Below, piece by piece: positions 9,967 through 19,775 of a stretch of DNA of 64,000 nucleotides. The stretch is taken from positions 2,208,001 to 2,272,000 of the forward strand of contig CAXXMD010000002.1 in the NCBI GenBank assembly GCA_963675755.2, written 5' to 3'. Source of the stretch: a bacterium (GTDB taxonomy: Bacteria > Zhuqueibacterota > Zhuqueibacteria > Residuimicrobiales > Krinioviventaceae). Each line of letters opens with the position of its first letter. The stretch's first letter is position 1. The notes under the pieces are model-generated. The model searched no databases. It worked only from the letters and a program-made list of their open reading frames with translations, and was not told where the DNA came from. Both the position numbers and the translations under genes were made by a program.

Positions 9967-11781
9967 GTGTCAGGCAAGATTCCTGCGGATAAAATTGAAC
10001 AAGTAAGACTGGCCTCAGATATTGTTGAAGTGGTTTCCCGCTATTTAACATTGAAAAAAGGCGGCAAAAACTATTTCGGTTTATGCCCATTCCATAAAGA
10101 AAAAACTCCCTCTTTTAGTGTTAACGCCGAAAAACAGATTTTTCATTGTTTCGGTTGTGGTGAAGGCGGCAATGTGTTCAATTTTGTTATGCGCACAGAA
10201 AACATCACATTCCCGGAATCCATCCGTCTACTGGCCAAACAAGCTGGCATTGAAATTCCTGAAGATGAAGAAAATCTTGCAGATTACCGCCACAAAGAGG
10301 CTCTGTTTTATGCCAATAACCTGGCAAAAGCCTTTTATCTACACAACCTGATTTCCGAAAAATCCGCTCAAAAAGCAAGAGATTACCTGGCTGATCGTGG
10401 TATAGGCCCAGACCTCTATGAAAAATATGGTATTGGTTACGCGCTTGACGGCTGGGACAATCTCATCAAACACGCAAAACAAAAAACAGTCAACATAGAA
10501 GTCTTGTTTCAGGCTGGCCTGGTATTGCAAAATAAAGAAGGCGGATATTACGATCGTTTTCGTGGACGGGTAACGTTTGCTATCCACAATACCAGCGGGC
10601 AGGTCGTAGGTTTTGGTGCCCGTCGCATTATCAACGACAACTCGCCCAAATATATAAACACACCCGAAACAGATGTATATCAAAAACGTCAGGTGCTTTA
10701 TAATCTGCATAACGCTCGTGAGGCCATACGAGAAAATGATCATGTCATTATTGTAGAAGGATATACCGATATAACCGGAATGGCAATGAAACAGTTTAAC
10801 AACTGTGTAGCAACCTCCGGTACGGCACTTACCGCTGACCATGCTGCATTGCTTCATCGCTATACCAAAAACGCGACCTTGTTATTCGATGGCGATTCTG
10901 CTGGTGCTTCTGCTGCGGTTCGTGGTGCAGAAATCCTGATGGAAAACGGTATGGATATCAATATCTGTCTGTTACCCGGTGGCCAGGATCCGGATGAATT
11001 TGCACGCAATAACGATCACCAAACCATAAATACATTTCTTGCCAAAGCTCAACCCTATGTTGACTTTAGACTGGATCAGTTTAAAAACGTTGACAAGGGA
11101 GAAAATGCCGCTCAAAAATCAGATCTTACCCGTGATCTTTTAATGACCTATGCAAAAGTGACAGATCCCATTAAACGCGCGTATATGGTCAAAGAACTGT
11201 CAGAGAAACTGAAACTGGATGAAAGTATCCTCTGGAATGAAATAAAAAAAATGCAGCGCCATGTACCCAAACCCGCAGTTGAACAACAGGAAAAAGCAGC
11301 CCCGACAAAAGATACCGCTTTTTTTAAAAGTAAACGGGGAGCTGCAGAACTGGGCCTAATGACTTCGGTATTTTTATTTCCTGACCTCATCCCTGATATT
11401 CTAAAAAACGCGAGTCTGGATCTGTTCAGTCATCCGGAAATACATGATTTTTTCCACCATCTTGAAACAGACAGGATTGAATCCAATGATTTTGATGGTA
11501 CCCGCTATCTGTCATTCATCGAAGATCCATATATTGCCAGAAACCTTTCTCAACTTTTAGCTCAAGATAACCAGGCAGATAATCAAAAATCAGTCACTCA
11601 ATATGCCAAAGAATGTATAGTTACAATACAATTGTCAATTGTAGATATAGAAATTCAAAACACGCGCAAAGAAATGCAAAATAGAACGGCTGTAAATCAA
11701 CAAGAGGTTGTGGAAAGATACCTATTTCTACAACAAAAAAGAAAAGAAATAGCAAGTGGTTCCTTTATTTCCTTTAACTAA
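9967..11781 (+). CDS. dnaG: DNA primase
   Basis: CPFH...EKTPSF...CFGC zinc finger, YDRFRGR, KYINTPET, VEGYTD, FDGD, DPD. Confidence 0.97.
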   Translation: MSGKIPADKIEQVRLASDIVEVVSRYLTLKKGGKNYFGLCPFHKEKTPSFSVNAEKQIFHCFGCGEGGNVFNFVMRTENITFPESIRLLAKQAGIEIPEDEENLADYRHKEALFYANNLAKAFYLHNLISEKSAQKARDYLADRGIGPDLYEKYGIGYALDGWDNLIKHAKQKTVNIEVLFQAGLVLQNKEGGYYDRFRGRVTFAIHNTSGQVVGFGARRIINDNSPKYINTPETDVYQKRQVLYNLHNAREAIRENDHVIIVEGYTDITGMAMKQFNNCVATSGTALTADHAALLHRYTKNATLLFDGDSAGASAAVRGAEILMENGMDINICLLPGGQDPDEFARNNDHQTINTFLAKAQPYVDFRLDQFKNVDKGENAAQKSDLTRDLLMTYAKVTDPIKRAYMVKELSEKLKLDESILWNEIKKMQRHVPKPAVEQQEKAAPTKDTAFFKSKRGAAELGLMTSVFLFPDLIPDILKNASLDLFSHPEIHDFFHHLETDRIESNDFDGTRYLSFIEDPYIARNLSQLLAQDNQADNQKSVTQYAKECIVTIQLSIVDIEIQNTRKEMQNRTAVNQQEVVERYLFLQQKRKEIASGSFISFN

Positions 11782-11857
11782 TACATTAAGTGAATCCTTA
11801 TTCACAACAGTCTTGAGCATATAGTCGTAAATTTTCTCGAAATTTATGTTTTTTATA

Positions 11858-11886
11858 TTGACAATATATTTGTTTTTTAATATATT
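11858..11886 (+). promoter_or_regulatory. Sigma70-type promoter for the peptide/membrane/regulator cassette
   Basis: TTGACA-17 bp-TATATT. Confidence 0.65.
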
Positions 11887-12047
11887 CATGTTGCGGTTAT
11901 AGGTAATCACTAAAACAGGAGGGGTATAAGGACCAAAATAGTTTAACATTATTGTATCTGCTATACTGAATTAGTATATAATCAGTAAAATCTTCCCTAC
12001 CGAGAACAAGAGTCATGTCAATCAAACTTCAAAAAAGGAGATTCGAC

Positions 12048-12347
12048 ATGAGAAAGAGTTTTATTTTTATTATGGTAGGGTTAGCATACGTTGTAATAGC
12101 CATGGCAGCATCATGGGCAAACACGTCTAGTGCTCTGGACAAAACGCTGGAAATCATTGGACTTTCACAAAAAGCAGACACCAGCACGATACAGCAGATA
12201 TCCGATGAGTTGAAACCTATGTCCGACAACGCAAAAGGAGAAAAAGAGCAGCAAAAGACTAGTATCCTTAAAAATTCAAGCAATTTATTAGCTTATTATG
12301 TACCGGTACCGCCTCCGGGGAATCCAGGTACCGATCCCAAAGACTGA
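12048..12347 (+). CDS. Small exported protein or peptide precursor (99 aa) with Pro-rich C-terminus
   Basis: AGGAG SD before ATG 12048; signal-like MRKSFIFIMVGLAYVVIAMAASWA; ends LLAYYVPVPPPGNPGTDPKD. Confidence 0.7.
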   Translation: MRKSFIFIMVGLAYVVIAMAASWANTSSALDKTLEIIGLSQKADTSTIQQISDELKPMSDNAKGEKEQQKTSILKNSSNLLAYYVPVPPPGNPGTDPKD

Positions 12348-12419
12348 TTTTAGAAAATTTGATAATACACTTTACGAGCAACTAATACATATTGACATGA
12401 TCTTTTGTTCGAGGTACCT

Positions 12420-13493
12420 ATGATTAAAGGCAGATATAATTTCACATTGATAACCAAAATACTAAACAGTTGGGTATTGTGTTTAGTATTTTTGGTTATT
12501 ATTTCATATTTGCCACATTGGCCAATGCCAATCTCCAGTTGGATAAATCTTGGGCTCTACGCCTTGTCCTTTATTCTAACTTTTTCAATCCTCATCAAAG
12601 ATAAATACAGCCTTTTCACGTTTTTACCATTTTCATTGTTCTTTCTGGGTTGCCTGTTACTGTTACCCGCAATGTTTATTGGTGATGATTTGATATTCGG
12701 CAGTAACCTGGTATCCATCCTCTATTACAAGTATATCTTTTTATTTTGCATTTTCATGTTTGCTTTCGCAGTATTGAATTATGCTTCGCAGGTTGCATTG
12801 ACTCCAAAACGGCAATGGATACTTTTCCTGGCATCATTTGCTTTTACTTTGGGAGTCTTTGTATTTCACTTTCACGATATCTTTTCCCCGGAAGTTACAA
12901 ACATATTTAATAAAAAGTTCTTCCAAGGCTCACTCACCTATCACCTGCTGCCTGTGGTTGCATTGTTTTCATATGGCATTTTAAATCCATACTTGAAACC
13001 CAGGTATGGTGAATATTCTCACTCTATCATGACCGTTCTGGCATTATTGAGCATTCGTGAACTTGGTACAGCCATATCCGAATTAAAGCATGTCTTTCTT
13101 TTCGGAATCGATCAAATATTCCTCACACTTGCTTTAATTTTGTTAAACTTTTTTCTATTCAAAAAATACAACTTTTTATCTTCAACAACCGGTGCGATTT
13201 ATTCTCAAATTGTCAACAATGATCTGGATATTGGGAACCTGCGGCTCGAAAGTCGTGACAGAAAAGGCTTTAAAATCTTTGCCGCTTTTGTATTTTATTT
13301 TTACCAGAGGAAAAATATCATTCTCCCCTTTCTCTTGTTTCTGGTTGTAGGCTTTAAATATCTCAATCCGCCAATTATAGTAAGCCTCAATATTCTTGCG
13401 TTTGCTATTGTAACTTTTTTTGTCTTTTTCTACTTTATTGTTATATATAATAAAAAGAACAAGAATCAAGATTTTTACATTCAAAAGATATAA
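12420..13493 (+). CDS. Polytopic membrane protein (about 9-10 TM) of unknown function
   Basis: Serial hydrophobic segments; GAGGT SD before ATG 12420 (ORF track start 12405); no large soluble domain. Confidence 0.75.
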   Translation: MIKGRYNFTLITKILNSWVLCLVFLVIISYLPHWPMPISSWINLGLYALSFILTFSILIKDKYSLFTFLPFSLFFLGCLLLLPAMFIGDDLIFGSNLVSILYYKYIFLFCIFMFAFAVLNYASQVALTPKRQWILFLASFAFTLGVFVFHFHDIFSPEVTNIFNKKFFQGSLTYHLLPVVALFSYGILNPYLKPRYGEYSHSIMTVLALLSIRELGTAISELKHVFLFGIDQIFLTLALILLNFFLFKKYNFLSSTTGAIYSQIVNNDLDIGNLRLESRDRKGFKIFAAFVFYFYQRKNIILPFLLFLVVGFKYLNPPIIVSLNILAFAIVTFFVFFYFIVIYNKKNKNQDFYIQKI

Positions 13494-13530
13494 AGGATCT
13501 AATTCATGAACAACATAACTGGGAGTAACT

Positions 13531-14439
13531 ATGGGTAGGGGCAAAAACAAAATACTGGGCAAAAGTTCAGAGATCAGCCGGGTCCGGCGATCTGTGAAAG
13601 CAATGAATGACAAGCAGGAAAATGTCTTGTTAGTTGGCGAAGTTGGTAGTGGTCGCGCGTTGATTGCGGCTCAACTCCATGAAACCGGCGACCGCAAAGA
13701 CAAAAAAATGGTTACCGTACTATGCAGTGCCATTGATGACACAATAGAACCTGATACTATTTTTGGCAATTCCAAAGATCCCGCAGTTTACAATGGTGAC
13801 CTGGATGCTAAAGAAGGTACTATCTATTTTGACAGTGTCGATCAATTATCTGCAGAATTGCAAAACAGATTGTACAATTTCATTTCCACCGTAAATCCCA
13901 AATCCTTGAATGCTCGTATTATTGCTTCAGCTGATCCATCGCTTGAAAACAAAATACGTGAAGGTGAATTTAAACTTGAACTTTTTCAAAAACTGGACGA
14001 GTTTAGGATCAACATCCCATCTATTCGGGAAAGAAAACAGGATATTCCATTTCTATTCAGCCACTTTTTAGATAATTTCTGTGCCGAATATGAAAAACCG
14101 CTTCCTACAGTACCTTTTGATATTTTTGAAGCTATTCTGGAATATGACTGGCCAGGTAATGTGAGTGAACTAAAAAATAGTGTTAGAAATCTGGTTATCA
14201 TGTCACCTGTTGGAGAGTTGTCACCGGAATTTTTACCATTCCGAGTTCAACCCAATCCACTCGAAGTACTTGCAAGTCGCGACCTTACCTCTGCTGTTTC
14301 CGAGGTAGAAAAATTCCTGATCCGCAAAGCGCTTGCTCGTTACGAAGGCAATCAGTCCAAAGCAGCACAGTTGTTACAGGTTTCGGAAGCCACATTGCGC
14401 TATAAAATGAAAAAATACGGCTTTCAAAACATTAAATAA
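13531..14439 (+). CDS. Atypical NtrC/Fis-family AAA+ transcriptional regulator with no receiver domain and no GAFTGA
   Basis: GEVGSGR, RIIAS, IPSIRERKQDIP, YDWPGNVSELKN, Fis HTH GNQSKAAQLLQVSEATLRYKMKKYG. Confidence 0.85.
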   Translation: MGRGKNKILGKSSEISRVRRSVKAMNDKQENVLLVGEVGSGRALIAAQLHETGDRKDKKMVTVLCSAIDDTIEPDTIFGNSKDPAVYNGDLDAKEGTIYFDSVDQLSAELQNRLYNFISTVNPKSLNARIIASADPSLENKIREGEFKLELFQKLDEFRINIPSIRERKQDIPFLFSHFLDNFCAEYEKPLPTVPFDIFEAILEYDWPGNVSELKNSVRNLVIMSPVGELSPEFLPFRVQPNPLEVLASRDLTSAVSEVEKFLIRKALARYEGNQSKAAQLLQVSEATLRYKMKKYGFQNIK

Positions 14440-14465
14440 ATACCGGGGATGGATTCTGTGCGGAT

Positions 14466-15233
14466 TTAGGCAATATATTTAAATGTATTCCTGAATTCGT
14501 GCAAACCCATCAATTTCAATCCCGCATTTATTCCTTTATTTTGCTGTTCCTGATCATTATATCCCCATTCAGCCATTACGCATTGGATATTTGTGTCTTT
14601 TATCTTTAATAAAGTGTCAACCTGATCATCCACATACCAGATTTTATCTGCAGGTAATTGGTGTTTTTGCTGAATATCAAGTAATATTGATCGCTTACTG
14701 CGCTGTTTGTCTGCGGTAAACAGATTTTCCCGGACCAATGCAATATTTCGGTTTGCTAACAGCTTTATCACAAAATCTATTTTCTTTGTGGTAATGATAT
14801 AGAGGTTTTCCTTCACAGGAAAATTTATCAAGAAATCATCCATGCCTTCATACATGGGATTCAATTGCAGCCACAAATCCAAATGGTTGCTCGAAATATC
14901 TTCTCTAACCCGGTAAAAACTGTCAAAAAATCCCTGCCAGCGGTCTTTGTGTTCATCGGCAAATCTGTCAAAATCCTGTTGATTATTGATCTCTATTCCT
15001 TTTTCTATGGCTAACAGTATAAATAAAAAATCTGCGCCTGCTCGAATATAATTCCGGATTCGTTTAAATGTTTCCACCAAAGAATCATCCAACTCTTGGG
15101 GAGAACTCACCCGAGCATCCCCCTCCAGATTATAATATGCATTATAAGCGACTATTAAACATTCATTTACACTATTGCCAATTACTCCGTCAAAATCCAG
15201 AGCAAGTACGTGTTCATTAACATTAAATCCCAT
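14466..15233 (-). CDS. HAD-superfamily hydrolase
   Basis: LALDFDGVI motif I, IITTK, YVDD, AEWGYN; start moved to ATG 15233 by AGGAGA SD (ORF track start 15290). Confidence 0.8.
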   Translation of the reverse strand: MGFNVNEHVLALDFDGVIGNSVNECLIVAYNAYYNLEGDARVSSPQELDDSLVETFKRIRNYIRAGADFLFILLAIEKGIEINNQQDFDRFADEHKDRWQGFFDSFYRVREDISSNHLDLWLQLNPMYEGMDDFLINFPVKENLYIITTKKIDFVIKLLANRNIALVRENLFTADKQRSKRSILLDIQQKHQLPADKIWYVDDQVDTLLKIKDTNIQCVMAEWGYNDQEQQNKGINAGLKLMGLHEFRNTFKYIA

Positions 15234-15316
15234 TATATCTCCTGATATTTTTACAAAAAGATAGTGATTTTTTTCTTCAAAAAAAATCACTGTTCACCAA
15301 ATAACTCAAATAAATC

Positions 15317-15345
15317 TTGACATCAAAAAAAAAAATTAATACATT
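15317..15345 (+). promoter_or_regulatory. Sigma70 promoter for trp leader and trpB2
   Basis: TTGACA-17 bp (contains A11)-TACATT. Confidence 0.65.
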
Positions 15346-15377
15346 CTTTTAATTCATTATTGAGGATTTTTAACACT

Positions 15378-15449
15378 ATGACAAAACACAACAACAACTG
15401 GCAATTTACCTGGGCTTGGTGGTGGAATATGTTTTGTTATAGTGGGTAA
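15378..15449 (+). CDS. trpL: Trp-rich attenuator leader peptide MTKHNNNWQFTWAWWWNMFCYSG
   Basis: GAGG SD-like sequence upstream; 23 codons with 5 TGG (three in tandem); directly upstream of a terminator and trpB2. Confidence 0.88.
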   Translation: MTKHNNNWQFTWAWWWNMFCYSG

Positions 15450-15483
15450 GAGCAGATAAACCTGAAAAATTTTTAATATACTC

Positions 15484-15516
15484 AAGCCCGCTTAAATTCA
15501 AGCGGGCTTTTTTTTT
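15484..15516 (+). terminator. Attenuator terminator hairpin
   Basis: AAGCCCGCTT-AAATTC-AAGCGGGC followed by T9. Confidence 0.9.
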
Positions 15517-15561
15517 GCAATTAATTATTTTTTTTTTAGTCTTTTAATTGATGGAGGAAAC

Positions 15562-16938
15562 ATGAGCGCCACTAAAATTCTTCTCAGCGAACAGGATATG
15601 CCAAGACAATGGTATAACCTGGCAGCAGATTTACCAAAGCCACCATTGCCACCATTAGGTCCTGACGGAAACCCCGTATCACCCGAAATGCTTGCACCGG
15701 TTTTCCCAATGAACCTGATTGAACAAGAAGTAAGCACCCAACGTTGGATTGATATCCCTGAAAAGGTATTGGAAATATACAGCATGTGGCGTCCTTCTCC
15801 CCTGTACCGCGCAAAACGTTTAGAAGCTCTGCTTGATACCCCGGCACGCATCTATTTCAAAAATGAAGGTGTTAGCCCTGCAGGTAGCCATAAACCCAAT
15901 ACTGCCATTGCACAAGCATATTATAACAAAGAATTTGGTATTAAACGCCTTACCACAGAAACAGGTGCAGGACAATGGGGAAGCGCCCTCAGTTTTGCAT
16001 GTGCTCTGATTGGTTTGGAATGTAAAGTTTATATGGTACGCATCAGTTTTGATCAAAAACCTTTCCGCCGGTTAATGATGGAAACCTGGGGCGGGAAATG
16101 CATCCCCAGTCCCAGTACCGAAACCAATGCCGGCCGTCAGATTCTTGAAGAAAACCCGGACACTCCCGGAAGTCTCGGTATCGCTATCAGTGAAGCAGTA
16201 GAAGCTGCTGTATCTGATCCTACCGGCGAAACCCGTTATTCATTGGGTAGCGTATTGAACCATGTTATGCTTCACCAGACCATTATCGGCCAGGAAACAA
16301 AAAAACAGCTTGAAATTGCCGGTGAAAAACTGCCGGATGTTGTTATCGGTTGTGCTGGCGGTGGTAGTAACTTTGCCGGTCTTGCATTCCCCTTTGTATT
16401 AGACAAAGTAAACGGTGCGGAAATTGATATCATTCCGGTTGAACCTTCCTCTTGTCCTACCTTAACCAAAGCCCCATTCCATTATGATTTTGGTGACAAT
16501 GCGGAAATGACACCACTCATGGCTATGCACTCTCTGGGTCACAAGTTTGTACCACCACCAATCCATGCTGGTGGATTGCGCTACCACGGTATGGCACCAT
16601 TGGTAAGTCATGCGGTTGAACTGGGTCTTATGAATCCATTGGCACTTGACCAATTGGAATGCTACGAAGCAGCTCTTACCTTTGCTCGTACTGAAGGTTT
16701 TATTTCTGCTCCCGAAACTTCGCACGCTATTGCTGCTGCTATCCGTGAAGCGAAAAAAGCTAAAGAAGAAGGTAAAGAAAAAGTTATCGTTTTCAACTGG
16801 AGTGGTCATGGATTGATGGACCTTACCGGTTACGATGCATACATGCGCGGAAAACTGATCAACTATCCATTACCGGAAGAAGATATTGCAAAATCTATAT
16901 CTGTTTTGGAAAATCTGCCCAAAGCAGTAATCAAATAA
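15562..16938 (+). CDS. trpB2: Tryptophan synthase beta chain, type 2 (TrpB2)
   Basis: [17 protein letters not shown] (PLP Lys), [36 protein letters not shown]. Confidence 0.95.
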   Translation: MSATKILLSEQDMPRQWYNLAADLPKPPLPPLGPDGNPVSPEMLAPVFPMNLIEQEVSTQRWIDIPEKVLEIYSMWRPSPLYRAKRLEALLDTPARIYFKNEGVSPAGSHKPNTAIAQAYYNKEFGIKRLTTETGAGQWGSALSFACALIGLECKVYMVRISFDQKPFRRLMMETWGGKCIPSPSTETNAGRQILEENPDTPGSLGIAISEAVEAAVSDPTGETRYSLGSVLNHVMLHQTIIGQETKKQLEIAGEKLPDVVIGCAGGGSNFAGLAFPFVLDKVNGAEIDIIPVEPSSCPTLTKAPFHYDFGDNAEMTPLMAMHSLGHKFVPPPIHAGGLRYHGMAPLVSHAVELGLMNPLALDQLECYEAALTFARTEGFISAPETSHAIAAAIREAKKAKEEGKEKVIVFNWSGHGLMDLTGYDAYMRGKLINYPLPEEDIAKSISVLENLPKAVIK

Positions 16939-16946
16939 TTCTATTT

Positions 16947-16987
16947 ACCGGAATTTGCCTTTTGGGCAGATTCCGGTTTTTATTTTT
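16947..16987 (+). terminator. Intrinsic terminator after trpB2
   Basis: ACCGGAATTTGCC-TTTTG-GGCAGATTCCGGT followed by a T-rich tail. Confidence 0.75.
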
Positions 16988-16999
16988 TAGGCACATATT

Positions 17000-17257
17000 A
17001 TGATTGATCAACACGATAAACTTGAAAAACGCTGTCCCATGCTGGGGCACCCTATCCATTTCCACTATTGCAGGACCACCACAAAAGATACGCCCTGTCG
17101 TAAAATCATGGACTGCTGGTTCGAGCAAATCCCTATACAGGAGTTTGTTAAGGAACATTTTACAGAAGAAATGATTACTGCAATGGAACAGCCCCCCAAA
17201 CCCAAAATGCTCAGCCTCATCGAACTCATCGAAAAAGCAAAAAAGTCTCAGGAATAG
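17000..17257 (+). CDS. Small Cys/His-rich hypothetical protein, possibly metal-binding
   Basis: RCPMLGH..F.YCR....PCRKIMDCW; plausible composition and free-standing position. Confidence 0.65.
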   Translation: MIDQHDKLEKRCPMLGHPIHFHYCRTTTKDTPCRKIMDCWFEQIPIQEFVKEHFTEEMITAMEQPPKPKMLSLIELIEKAKKSQE

Positions 17258-17349
17258 ACGATAAATTACTCCAATTACCCCTGCGCCCTCTGCGTTAAAT
17301 ATATTATTGCCCGGCACCCATCAGATGCCAGGCAAATAACATCCAGACC

Positions 17350-19170
17350 TTAAAATATCCCCTTGATCTTGTTGGTTACGTTCTTTTTCTCTTCTTCAAT
17401 GCGGGCCTCGACCTCTTTTTTCTTGTCGTCGATCTGCTTCTGGTATTCATTTACCCTGGCTTCCACATCGTCGATGCGTTTTTGCAGTTCGGCGTTCTTG
17501 TCCGCAACCAACTGCTCAACCTGTTGTTTTTTTGCATCCACTTTAGCATTTACAGCTGAACGGATTTTCTGTTTCGCTTTATCCACTTCATCACCCACCA
17601 TGGATTTTAGCGCGTTTGCAACCACATTATCCAGATTAGAATCGAGTGAGAAATCGGTATCGTCCGGTGTGCCGGTATAGCCGGCCTTGAAATTCACAGT
17701 CGAGATATCCGTAAACACATCACGCACTACCGCGGCCGTCTTGCCTTCGCTCTCAGCAAAAGCAAAACCCATTTGGGATCCGGTAAAATCCACATTTCCA
17801 CTTAATTGTTCTTCCAGAACATCGAGTTTGGCCTGCACGCGACCCGCTCCCTTGGTGATGCTGCTGGGCAGAATTTTTGTGCTGCTCAACGGTACGTCGT
17901 TAAACGCCAGATTCGATGCATCCAGCGCAAAATGCTCTTCCGGAGATTCCCCCATATAGTCCAACTCTCCGGTCAAATTCAAAGCCGAACTGTTTGCTTT
18001 AGCACCTTTGATTTCGAACGTGGTTGTTTTGCCGATAATAGGCTGTTCGGATACAATATCGTTCACAATACCGCTAAACTGGTACTGATTCGGCACCAAT
18101 CCCGAAAGCTCTATCTTTTTGATCCAAAATGACGGAAACACATTCTTGCCGGAAAAATGTACAGTCTGCCCTTTATAACGCGGCGGTTTTTCTTTTTTCG
18201 GTTTGTCGGATTTGAATTTTTCCGCGTATCCTCTTGCTTGGCTGGTCAATGACAATACCCGGTTAACACGACTCACAACCTGACTGCCAAATAACAAAAT
18301 CCCGATTTCCTGAGTTGAAATATCGGGCAGTTTAGCTTTATCCATTGCCGCAGAAATATCATCACGCACCCAATCATCCATGGATTTCAATCCGTTACGG
18401 GATTGCTCAATATCCGTTCCAATACCCGATTTTGATGTTTTCACAAACTGTTTTAAAGAATCCATATCCCCCTGAATGGTTTTAAGCGTTGTCAAAGTAG
18501 ACTGGAGTTTATCTACACTTTTAATCTCATTCGGGTTAATAGAATTTATTCTAGTTTTCATATCATCCAGATCCTGGGTGATATTTGTTTTGGCAAAAGT
18601 ATCATCCCATTGGGTATATGTCTCCCGCAAACCGGATTGCAGCGAGTCAATCTTTGCCGGGGCACTCAGATCCAGAATAGCAATAATACTGTCAACATTT
18701 ACCTTGCCGGAAAAAGAGCTAAAATCCAGTTCAGGCACATCAGACACCTTGGTTTCAAGCCTATCAATAGTTTTTGAAATGAATCCCGGTTTCTTTTCCC
18801 CATCGTTGGATTTGGTTTTCCAGGTTCCGTCAGTGGTTCGCTCGGTCCCCCAGGTAACATTGCTGAGCTGAACGTTATCGATCACCACCTTGTTGTACAA
18901 CAAGGGATAAAACTCCATATCGTACTCGGTTTTACCACTTGTCAGCATGTTTTTCCAAGGATCTTTGGGGTCAGTAACCTGCAGACTGTCCCATTTAAAA
19001 TGTAATTGCAATAACGATACATCCAGATTATCGATCTCTACTTTTGCCTGCAAAGCGTTCGATGCTGTTTTTTCCAGTATGCCCTCTAGCCAACTGTCTG
19101 TTAAAAACAATCCCAATACAAAAACAATCGCTGCCAGCACCAGGAGGGCTATAATTCCTTTCCAACGCAT
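17350..19170 (-). CDS. TIGR03545-like protein (membrane-anchored, AsmA-like N-terminus, coiled-coil C-terminus)
   Basis: MRWKG anchor, AKVEID, LQVTDP..PWKN, PPRYKGQTVHF, PSFWIKKI, SNLD; paired with TIGR03546-like gene. Confidence 0.8.
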   Translation of the reverse strand: MRWKGIIALLVLAAIVFVLGLFLTDSWLEGILEKTASNALQAKVEIDNLDVSLLQLHFKWDSLQVTDPKDPWKNMLTSGKTEYDMEFYPLLYNKVVIDNVQLSNVTWGTERTTDGTWKTKSNDGEKKPGFISKTIDRLETKVSDVPELDFSSFSGKVNVDSIIAILDLSAPAKIDSLQSGLRETYTQWDDTFAKTNITQDLDDMKTRINSINPNEIKSVDKLQSTLTTLKTIQGDMDSLKQFVKTSKSGIGTDIEQSRNGLKSMDDWVRDDISAAMDKAKLPDISTQEIGILLFGSQVVSRVNRVLSLTSQARGYAEKFKSDKPKKEKPPRYKGQTVHFSGKNVFPSFWIKKIELSGLVPNQYQFSGIVNDIVSEQPIIGKTTTFEIKGAKANSSALNLTGELDYMGESPEEHFALDASNLAFNDVPLSSTKILPSSITKGAGRVQAKLDVLEEQLSGNVDFTGSQMGFAFAESEGKTAAVVRDVFTDISTVNFKAGYTGTPDDTDFSLDSNLDNVVANALKSMVGDEVDKAKQKIRSAVNAKVDAKKQQVEQLVADKNAELQKRIDDVEARVNEYQKQIDDKKKEVEARIEEEKKNVTNKIKGIF

Positions 19171-19171
19171 A

Positions 19172-19696
19172 TCAATCCCTCCAACTGTTTACATTTTCAT
19201 AAATAGAATAAAACTTGGACGATTTAACAACCTGCACGATTTTCAATTTCAAAACGCGTTCATGTATCTTTTCACGATATTGAACAACACCCACCTTGGT
19301 CAGTAAATATACCGGAACCAAAAGCACAAGCGACGAAAGAAAAGCACCCATAACTACGGTATTATTAAATCGTGTCAATGCAACCACGGGTATATTATAC
19401 AAAGATGTCCACATTCCCTTTAGCGCGTCAATATTTACCAGCAGCCAGTATCCGATATTGTGAAACAACGGATCCAGAAAAAAAGCAAAAGCGCTGAATA
19501 CAACAAACCCAAGTATTGCCATTGAAACATTAACATTGATGATCAATATGAGAATGATTACTACCAAAGTCAACAGACTCTTGCCCGGCAGCAGCCCAAT
19601 GATCATACCCAAAATAAAACCACCGGCAAGCTGCGAAGGGGACTCGCCCGAAGTCAACGCCTTTAACAACTTGGCCAGGTATTTCATAATTAGCAT
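19172..19696 (-). CDS. TIGR03546-like membrane protein
   Basis: SPSQLAGGFILG, DPLFH.IG..LL, TRFNNTVVMG, YR motifs. Confidence 0.82.
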   Translation of the reverse strand: MLIMKYLAKLLKALTSGESPSQLAGGFILGMIIGLLPGKSLLTLVVIILILIINVNVSMAILGFVVFSAFAFFLDPLFHNIGYWLLVNIDALKGMWTSLYNIPVVALTRFNNTVVMGAFLSSLVLLVPVYLLTKVGVVQYREKIHERVLKLKIVQVVKSSKFYSIYENVNSWRD

Positions 19697-19775
19697 ATGA
19701 ATACTCCCTCTCTATATATTTTGTAATAATAAAACAAAAGTGGATTATTGAATATTAGACAATCAAACAAATAAT

